64,000 bases of DNA from the IMG/VR virus record IMGVR_UViG_3300027672_001796; one strand, given 5' to 3'. Origin of the DNA: a virus (Duplodnaviria > Caudoviricetes). Below, piece after piece: positions 57,446 to 64,000 of this stretch; the stretch's first letter is position 1; the number at the start of each line of letters is the position of its first letter. The notes beneath the pieces were generated by a model. It saw nothing but the letters and a program-made list of their open reading frames with translations, made no database searches and was not told the DNA's origin. The position numbers and the translations under genes were made by a program.

Positions 57446-57470
57446 AAAAAGCACCTTACGGTGCTTTTTT
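57446..57470 (+). terminator. Bidirectional intrinsic terminator
   Basis: aaaaagcacc-ttac-ggtgcttttt. Confidence 0.88.
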
Positions 57471-57606
57471 TATGAGTTTAACTTTATGCAACATACGAAT
57501 AAACTCTACATTTAGATAAATAAAAGTAACCAGAATACATATCTAATTTAATTTGGTAGTGGTACAAAGACCACAGATATGTAAATTTATAATTAGGAGT
57601 CATATT

Positions 57607-57936
57607 ATGGCATTAGTAAGAGTAGCAGGGGCAGGTTTTGCCCATGGAGTTTCATTTTCAACAGCACAAGTAACAGCGATCGAAATCGATGCAGGTGTAT
57701 CATTAGCGGCTAAAGACGGTTTAGGCGGAGCAGTAGAAAACATCGTATCAGAGTTTTCACCATTGCTTTACATCTCAACAGGCACAGCTGGTAAGATCTT
57801 TGCAATCGTTGACGGCGTTAATATTGACGCGGCATCATTGACAAAAAGATTACAAGCAAAGGGTACAATAGACGGTGTTAATTTATCAGCACAGACAGTT
57901 GTAATCCGCGATTTAGCTTCGTTCAGCGCCGCATAG
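57607..57936 (+). CDS. Small Ala/Gly/Val-rich virion protein
   Basis: Late promoter at 57517-57522; SD aggag; ATG at 57607. Confidence 0.75.
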   Translation: MALVRVAGAGFAHGVSFSTAQVTAIEIDAGVSLAAKDGLGGAVENIVSEFSPLLYISTGTAGKIFAIVDGVNIDAASLTKRLQAKGTIDGVNLSAQTVVIRDLASFSAA

Positions 57937-57993
57937 TAGTTTAAAAATATCCTAACTACCTTAGGTTCGTGACAACGGAAGGCGTCACATTTT

Positions 57994-58021
57994 AAAAGCA
58001 CTCTTAGGAGTGCTTTTTTTT
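57994..58021 (+). terminator. Bidirectional intrinsic terminator
   Basis: aaaagcactc-ttag-gagtgctttt. Confidence 0.88.
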
Positions 58022-58090
58022 GAATATAATTTCTGTATAGTAAAAACTGATAAAGTGATAAATAGTTGTAAGAATACACAGGAGACATAC

Positions 58091-58495
58091 ATGAGTTTAA
58101 TAAGAGGTGGGGCAATGGGCTCCGTAGAAGCACTAACAGGTAATATAGAATTTTTTACTTTGTTTACTTCAATTGACATAACTGTAACCGGTGATTATGA
58201 CGATAACACTCAAAAAGATTTTGAAAGTGTTGTACAAGTAATAGGATTAAGGGCAATGCCTGTAGTGATGAATAATCCTGTAGCACTAAATGGAGTTGGT
58301 ACAAACTTATTACAAACTTATGGAGCACCAACTATGACAGGTGCCGGGTGGATATTTAAATTTGCTACAGAAGTGCCACATGCACATACTGTTGCAACTT
58401 TAGTTAATGAACTTAACGGCATAGTGCTTAACAGCGGAACATTAGATACAACGGGCACCATAAACATGGAGTTCACTAAACAGGATTTATTATAA
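58091..58495 (+). CDS. Small virion protein
   Basis: Late promoter at 58059-58064; SD aggag; ATG at 58091. Confidence 0.75.
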   Translation: MSLIRGGAMGSVEALTGNIEFFTLFTSIDITVTGDYDDNTQKDFESVVQVIGLRAMPVVMNNPVALNGVGTNLLQTYGAPTMTGAGWIFKFATEVPHAHTVATLVNELNGIVLNSGTLDTTGTINMEFTKQDLL

Positions 58496-58496
58496 A

Positions 58497-58748
58497 ATGG
58501 CTAAGAAACTAGACCCAGATGCAGTACCAGAGATACAAGTGTACGCAGATAAAGAAAATTTAGAAGCTCATATCATTGCTGATATGCTTCGGATAGAAAG
58601 TATTACTACAGAACTTAGAGAGTTTAAAGTAGATACTAAAGAAAGATTAAATAAAATTGAAAATTGGGTACTAGCAATTGTTGGTACTACATTTACAACA
58701 TTAGTTACTATTGTAATTGCAATAGGCGTTACTTTGGCAGGTGGCTAA
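58497..58748 (+). CDS. Coiled-coil + C-terminal TM protein (XhlA/holin-like topology)
   Basis: ERLNKIENWV followed by a hydrophobic helix. Confidence 0.6.
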   Translation: MAKKLDPDAVPEIQVYADKENLEAHIIADMLRIESITTELREFKVDTKERLNKIENWVLAIVGTTFTTLVTIVIAIGVTLAGG

Positions 58749-59122
58749 TGAGAATACATGAATATATGAATCCAAGTGATGAGATAACATTAGAAGAAGG
58801 ACAATGTTTTCATGAAGAGTTTGGAGTATTAGCGTATAGCGAGTGCGAAGAAAACGTATTCGAAGCAGAATATCAAGGTCGTAAGGTTAAACTAAACAAG
58901 CCTATGCAAGGCGATTCTAAAAAGTTTAAAGTTTATGTCAAAGATCCTAAAACAGGTAATGTTAAAAAAGTAAACTTTGGACAAGGTGGTGACGCTAAAG
59001 GCGGCACAATGCGTATCAGAAAATCCAATCCAAAAGCAAGAAAAAGTTTTAGAGCAAGACACAATTGCGAGAATCCAGGACCAAAAACAAAAGCCAGGTA
59101 CTGGTCATGCAGGAAATGGTAA
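58748..59122 (+). CDS. Basic conserved phage protein with acidic propeptide
   Basis: MRIHEY...; after VFE|A it is K/R-rich, with KSFRARHNC...KARYWSCRKW. Confidence 0.75.
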   Translation: MRIHEYMNPSDEITLEEGQCFHEEFGVLAYSECEENVFEAEYQGRKVKLNKPMQGDSKKFKVYVKDPKTGNVKKVNFGQGGDAKGGTMRIRKSNPKARKSFRARHNCENPGPKTKARYWSCRKW

Positions 59123-59123
59123 A

Positions 59124-59420
59124 ATGCGATTAGAAGAAATTACAGAAGAATCGATTGTCGAAGCCAGAATGGTTTGGCGCAAAATGGGTAATAAAGTTAA
59201 ACGTGCCGTAAGATGTACTAGTGGCAGACGTAAAGGTAGAGTAGTATCTAATGCGGCTCAATGTCATAAACCAGTAGATATTAAAAAACGTATGGTATTA
59301 AGACGAACCAAAGCCAAGATGGGTGCTAGGATGTCTAGAAAGTCACAAAGATCAAAAAGAATGAATCCAGCTAGTAGAAGGCTAAAAACATTAAACAAAT
59401 CAAGTAATAGAAGAAGGTAA
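59124..59420 (+). CDS. Protamine-like basic protein with acidic propeptide
   Basis: MRLEEITEESIVE|ARMVWRK...SNRRR; only one acidic residue after position 13. Confidence 0.75.
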   Translation: MRLEEITEESIVEARMVWRKMGNKVKRAVRCTSGRRKGRVVSNAAQCHKPVDIKKRMVLRRTKAKMGARMSRKSQRSKRMNPASRRLKTLNKSSNRRR

Positions 59421-59421
59421 T

Positions 59422-62400
59422 ATGAAGTTTACGGATGTAAGGACGTTAAACAGTGTACTCAAGGAATACGGACTACAATCTGGTGCTCCAACTCCTGTGG
59501 GACAACAAGTTACCGGCGCAGTTGCAAAAGCAACAGCGGCACCTACTAAAGCACCTAAAAAAGATTTAGGTAGCCCAACAGTAACACCAGGATTAGACCT
59601 TCCTGATATCGGAGATCCTGAAACAGATACAGTTGCACCAACTTTAATGAAAGCAAAAGATTTTGATGACGGCGCTGAATACTTAGATGATAAAGGCGAA
59701 GTTGCAGGTAAAGTTGTAAGTAAAGTTGGCAAAGGCCCAGCTCTTAAAAAATTAGTTGTACAAGATCCTAAAGGAGAGTACACACTAATAGACCCTGATG
59801 AAGAATTAACAGTTGCGCCAATTACAGAATCAAAAGGCGGCAAGTACAGTAAAAAAGTTCATAAGAACGCTTTACGAAAAACATCTAAAAGCAAAAACAG
59901 TGTATCATCAGTTAAACAAAAAATTAAAAAACTTGCACGAAAAGTACAGATGCAAGAGCAAGGTGAAGAACAATTATTCGAATTAAACTTCAACACTAAA
60001 GAAATAATTGAATCAGCGTTAGATTCTCCTATCAAATGTGGATTTGAAGCAGAAACAGTATGGGGAGGCTATGTAGATTCTGATGCCAATTACGGCGAAG
60101 ATATTGACGACATGTCTTGGAGCGATATCGAAGACAGAATTATGGATGAATTTGGTAGAAGTTACTTAGACGACATCAACGAAGCATACCGTAATTGGAT
60201 CATGGAAGACAAGATGTACGAGTATGAAGGCGACCTTATAAGCGAGTTAGTTACCGAACGTAAAGAAGATCCAGAATACATAGAAAATTTTGTTGATTCG
60301 CAAGGTGGCCCTACAGAATATGCAGTAGAGAGATACAAAGAAGATTTTCGATCCAACAATCCAGAAGAATATGAATCCAGAATAGAAGATGGCTACGAGT
60401 ACATGAACTGGGTGAGAGAAATTGTTGAAGAAGAAATGGAAGACGAATTCATCGAATGGTTAGAACAAGACATCCGAGATAACGGAGAAGTATTTGACGC
60501 CGCCATGGAAGCCGCAGAGGAAGACCTATCTATATCGGATTGGGTAAGTGATACCTATGGAGGCATGAGTGCGATGTTAGGCGAGTTTGAAATTTGGCTC
60601 GCTGATAATAACGAGGCCGGTCTTGAAGGAATCGGAGAAGAACTAAGATCATGGGCCTATGACAATAGTCAGTCCACGCAATTTGAAGTTGGGGAATATC
60701 ATTCCGGTGGTATTAATAATGACTACTGGAGATTAGAAGACGACAGCAGTATCGAAGGCGATGGAGCTGGAGCAGAGATTATATCACCTGTGTATAATAC
60801 ACCAAGAGTAATGCTTGAAGAAATAAAATCATTGTTTGAGTTACTAGCAGACAGAGATGTAGAAACAAATAGGTCAACTGGCTTGCATGTTACTATGAGC
60901 TTAGACCCAACTCGACAAGACATGCCTGCAAATTCAGATGTTAATAAAGTAAAACTTGCTGTGTTGTTAGGCGACAAATATATAGCAAGTACTTTTGGTA
61001 GAGAAAATAACAGTTACTCTAAATCACAGTATGAACGATTAGAAAGGAAAGCGGCTGAACTTAAAGCAAATCCTAACAGTACAAAAACAATACAAGCAAT
61101 TGAAGAAATTTTAGAAGGTGCTATAAGCAGTGACAAGTTTAGTTCAATTAATTTTAAAAATCAAGCGGATAATCAGTCAGGTTACAATCTTATAGAATTT
61201 AGAATTGCAGGCGGTCATGATTACCACGAAGATATACAAAAAATTGTTAAGGCAACTGTGCGTTATGCAGAAACACTTAGGGCGGCATACACTGACGATC
61301 ATCAACAAGATTATGTAAAAGCATTATTTAAGTTAATCAATAACGTTGGTAAAATTAGTAATGATCTTGAGGACAGAGTTAAAGGTAGATACGAAGATTT
61401 AGATCACCCTGTCGTTGATGTGTTAAAAGGTTTCTTTGGCAAAGATCATTATATGGAAAGTGTAGGAACGTTAGCTCGAGCATTTAAACACTTATTCGAC
61501 TACAGAGAGAATATGGCAACAGATGCTGATGCAAAATGGGAACAGCGAGTAGCCCAATGGGAAGAACAGACTGGTGATAAACACGAAAGATTAAAGGAAG
61601 CACCTACACCACGTGAAGCCGCAATAGAAATAATGAAGCCTCAAAAAAGACCACCAAGTGTGCAGGCACCTAAATATCTAAAAGAAGCTCAAAACATGTT
61701 TAGTGCCGCAGTTGCACAGGCAGGGTATGACTTAAATCAAAACATGAATAGAACTCCGGTTAATGCCAAAGCAATTGGTGTGCTGAGAAAAACAATATCC
61801 GAATTTGAATTAACATATGAAACACTTTCTGAATTTGTAAATAGAAATTACAAGCAGATAGAATTTGCTAGAGGCTCTGCAGACCAAGAGACCGAATTTA
61901 GCAGAGTTAAAAATGGCGTCGATAGATTATTTAAGAAAGACATAATTGAATCGCCAGAATGGTTATCGCCATTGCAAGTTGAAAAAATTGTAACAGGAGT
62001 TTGGAACGCAATAAACTCTGAAGATCAAAGTCATTTAACTGATAAAGAACTGGCCCGTGCAATAATCAACGCTTCAGGAAATACGCATGAAGACGATGTT
62101 GAACGTATATTTAACGATGTAACGAAATCAAACTCGACTACCTATGAAAACTTATATCGGCTGATTGCAGGTGGCAGAGGCGACTGGTTCTCAGCTGGTA
62201 ACCCTATACAGGCTAAGGATTATGATACACTACTTAAACGATTAAAATCATATCCTGCATGGGATAAGCCTGTTGCAAGATCATATGATGCAAGAAATGT
62301 CAGTAACGACTCATACGCTAATACATCTATGAGATCTATGTTTGGTAAATTAGATAGACGTATGGATGCATTAGGTAATTTAAACAGCACAAATCCAGAA

Positions 62401-64000
62401 TTATATATTAACAGTTTGAAACAAGTCTTTAACAGTACAAAGCAATTACTTAAAGCTGTAGTCGAAGAGGGTGGGTTCTCCGGTGAACCATCTCGCGATG
62501 CTCCAAACTTCGTTATGCCGCCACGTAATCATGATAGAATAGTTGAGATTATGAAAGATTTAGAAGCAACAAACTATACAGCTAGTCCGTTTGATGATAA
62601 CGCAATACCGCAAGTTTATGGACATGTTAGGTCTTGGTTAGCAGATGCGTTTAATACTTTTAATCGATCAGAGCGAACACCCGAACAAATGGAAGAAATG
62701 AAGCCACGAACAGATGCGATTTCAAAATGGTTAAGTGGGTTAGATGTTATAGCACAGAAATTAGGATTCAGTAGCCAATCAGGTGCAATAGATAGTAAAC
62801 TGAATCAAGTACAAAAAGGTAAAGAATTTCAAATAGCAAATCACGGAGAGTGGCCCGCGACTATCACAGCATTTAACTATGGTGGTCAGGTATATGTTCT
62901 TAACGAGATCATGGAAATGATCCAGTTCACTCAAAACACACCAGGAATGGATGAACCAGTTCCAGAATTTTATGGACAATTTAATTTTAATAGTAGTATG
63001 TTTAGAAGTAGCACCAACGGAGTATTAGTTATACCAAATGCACATTACTTTATAGCTCTCGAAGCCTATGAAATGTTCACTAACAAAGATTACTTCAGTA
63101 AAGCTGGCTGGAGACAAACCAGAATACGAGCAATCCTTGATAAGTTCACTAAGGTATATGGCATACGTTTTGAAACTTTAGATAGTGCATACAAAAAAAT
63201 TAACCTACGTTTACTAAAAGAAATGGGCGTACAAGTTATAGAGAAAGGCGATGGCAGAGAAGGTTTAGCACCGTATAACTTTGCACCATTGTTACCAAGA
63301 GAAGAGATTAACGCTCCAAATGGAGAACCATTTGAACCAGGAAGTGCGGCAACATGGGCATTAGCGAATCCAGACCGCAACAATGCAGGCGTTGAGCGTA
63401 TCCGTGGTGTAACTGAGTTACCAATGGACGGTCTCGACGATGGCCCAACGGCGCCATTTCGCATAGCAAGAGCCGCCTATCCAGTATTTGACAAAATGAT
63501 GCGTGACGGCATGCAAAGGTATCTGCCAGCAGGCGCACCAGTAAATGAATTAGTTGCGTTTTTAAATAACCCAGAAAGACAACTATCGATCAAAGAGGCA
63601 GTGTTGCTGGTGATTTTTCAAGGCGGCGCAACGAGAGGCTCCAATGCCAACCAGCCACCTATCCTTACATTCCAGAACGCTTATTCAAGGGGAACCGAAG
63701 CCCTTCGGAACGGCGAGGTCCCTTACGAACAGGGTCCACTGGCAAGCTCCTCGGCTAACCACATTCCACATGACGAAAGTGTGTTTGACAAATTTGATAA
63801 ACTACCACTGGAAGAACAATTAAACTTACTTGATAAAGTTAACGACAGTAAATTAAATAAAGTGTTTGAAACACTCGCGGCAAATACAACATCATTATCA
63901 CCAGTTACAGAAGGCGAAGAAAGATCAGACATTCAGGCATTAATGAAAGATAAGTGCGACGAATGGTTAAACAGCGTACATCCAGGACAGTATTCAGGCT
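59422..64000 (+). CDS. Giant (>1520 aa, 3'-truncated) protein with an amidoligase (COOH-NH2 ligase, Amidoligase_2-like) domain; not in the ORF track
   Basis: ATG at 59422 (MKFTDVRTLNSVLKEY...); no + strand ORF is closed before the window end; motifs CGFEAE (~60040), WRLEDDSSI (~60730), EIISP (~60780), TNRSTGLHV (~60870), KFSSINF (~61140), IEFRIAGG (~61195). Confidence 0.82.
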   Translation, partial: MKFTDVRTLNSVLKEYGLQSGAPTPVGQQVTGAVAKATAAPTKAPKKDLGSPTVTPGLDLPDIGDPETDTVAPTLMKAKDFDDGAEYLDDKGEVAGKVVSKVGKGPALKKLVVQDPKGEYTLIDPDEELTVAPITESKGGKYSKKVHKNALRKTSKSKNSVSSVKQKIKKLARKVQMQEQGEEQLFELNFNTKEIIESALDSPIKCGFEAETVWGGYVDSDANYGEDIDDMSWSDIEDRIMDEFGRSYLDDINEAYRNWIMEDKMYEYEGDLISELVTERKEDPEYIENFVDSQGGPTEYAVERYKEDFRSNNPEEYESRIEDGYEYMNWVREIVEEEMEDEFIEWLEQDIRDNGEVFDAAMEAAEEDLSISDWVSDTYGGMSAMLGEFEIWLADNNEAGLEGIGEELRSWAYDNSQSTQFEVGEYHSGGINNDYWRLEDDSSIEGDGAGAEIISPVYNTPRVMLEEIKSLFELLADRDVETNRSTGLHVTMSLDPTRQDMPANSDVNKVKLAVLLGDKYIASTFGRENNSYSKSQYERLERKAAELKANPNSTKTIQAIEEILEGAISSDKFSSINFKNQADNQSGYNLIEFRIAGGHDYHEDIQKIVKATVRYAETLRAAYTDDHQQDYVKALFKLINNVGKISNDLEDRVKGRYEDLDHPVVDVLKGFFGKDHYMESVGTLARAFKHLFDYRENMATDADAKWEQRVAQWEEQTGDKHERLKEAPTPREAAIEIMKPQKRPPSVQAPKYLKEAQNMFSAAVAQAGYDLNQNMNRTPVNAKAIGVLRKTISEFELTYETLSEFVNRNYKQIEFARGSADQETEFSRVKNGVDRLFKKDIIESPEWLSPLQVEKIVTGVWNAINSEDQSHLTDKELARAIINASGNTHEDDVERIFNDVTKSNSTTYENLYRLIAGGRGDWFSAGNPIQAKDYDTLLKRLKSYPAWDKPVARSYDARNVSNDSYANTSMRSMFGKLDRRMDALGNLNSTNPELYINSLKQVFNSTKQLLKAVVEEGGFSGEPSRDAPNFVMPPRNHDRIVEIMKDLEATNYTASPFDDNAIPQVYGHVRSWLADAFNTFNRSERTPEQMEEMKPRTDAISKWLSGLDVIAQKLGFSSQSGAIDSKLNQVQKGKEFQIANHGEWPATITAFNYGGQVYVLNEIMEMIQFTQNTPGMDEPVPEFYGQFNFNSSMFRSSTNGVLVIPNAHYFIALEAYEMFTNKDYFSKAGWRQTRIRAILDKFTKVYGIRFETLDSAYKKINLRLLKEMGVQVIEKGDGREGLAPYNFAPLLPREEINAPNGEPFEPGSAATWALANPDRNNAGVERIRGVTELPMDGLDDGPTAPFRIARAAYPVFDKMMRDGMQRYLPAGAPVNELVAFLNNPERQLSIKEAVLLVIFQGGATRGSNANQPPILTFQNAYSRGTEALRNGEVPYEQGPLASSSANHIPHDESVFDKFDKLPLEEQLNLLDKVNDSKLNKVFETLAANTTSLSPVTEGEERSDIQALMKDKCDEWLNSVHPGQYSG

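Noticed and set aside
121-63932. Many short opposite-strand or alternative-frame ORFs in the track (e.g. 121..384, 439..708, 1673..1954, 59400..59843, 63090..63464)
   Set aside because: They are shadows of longer genes with recognisable motifs and lack their own promoter or SD. Their Ser/Leu/Cys-rich composition is what antisense reading of acidic or repetitive genes gives.
1-64000. CRISPR array or mini-array
   Set aside because: The only tandem repeats found are in-frame coding repeats without unique spacers.
1-64000. Stop-codon reassignment
   Set aside because: Core genes are full-length in the standard code, and TAA, TAG and TGA all end well-defined genes. No suppressor tRNA is present; tRNA-Trp has a CCA anticodon.

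Overview
This window is AT-rich DNA from a lytic, T4-related jumbo myovirus read in the standard genetic code. The family assignment (RaK2/GAP32-like gene set) and a likely aquatic origin are inferences. Morphogenesis genes: neck gp13/gp14/gp15, tail sheath, tail tube, gp4-like head completion nuclease, terminase, and a block of putative capsid-internal proteins. Replication/recombination genes: gp32 SSB, UvsX, UvsY, UvsW, primase, gp41 helicase, and a 190-aa DnaE-like polymerase core. There are three tRNAs (Ser-GCT, Trp-CCA, Ala-TGC). The many auxiliary enzymes include a CHASE2 adenylate cyclase, FNR, a B12-type radical SAM enzyme, FabZ, a TonB-dependent receptor, Apt, MtnN, ThyX, GlyA, two sulfotransferases, three SGNH-like proteins, two 2OG-Fe/cupin-like proteins and a methyltransferase. 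Two promoter classes are visible: sigma70-like TTGAC(A/T)-N16-18-TATAAT and T4-late-like TAAATA-N4-T-A. The most unusual signals are: (1) a C-rich structured RNA in the 3' UTR of an early AAA ATPase gene that is perfectly complementary over 12 nt to that gene's own ribosome-binding site; (2) an unassigned ~170-nt multi-stem RNA ending in ACCA just before tRNA-Trp; (3) a late programme that appears largely leaderless; (4) a set of proteins with T4-style capsid-targeting/cleavage N-termini, including protamine-like peptides and a >1500-aa amidoligase-fold protein that the ORF track misses; (5) coherent SAM, folate and cAMP auxiliary modules. No searches or folding programs were run; family calls rest on motifs read by eye.
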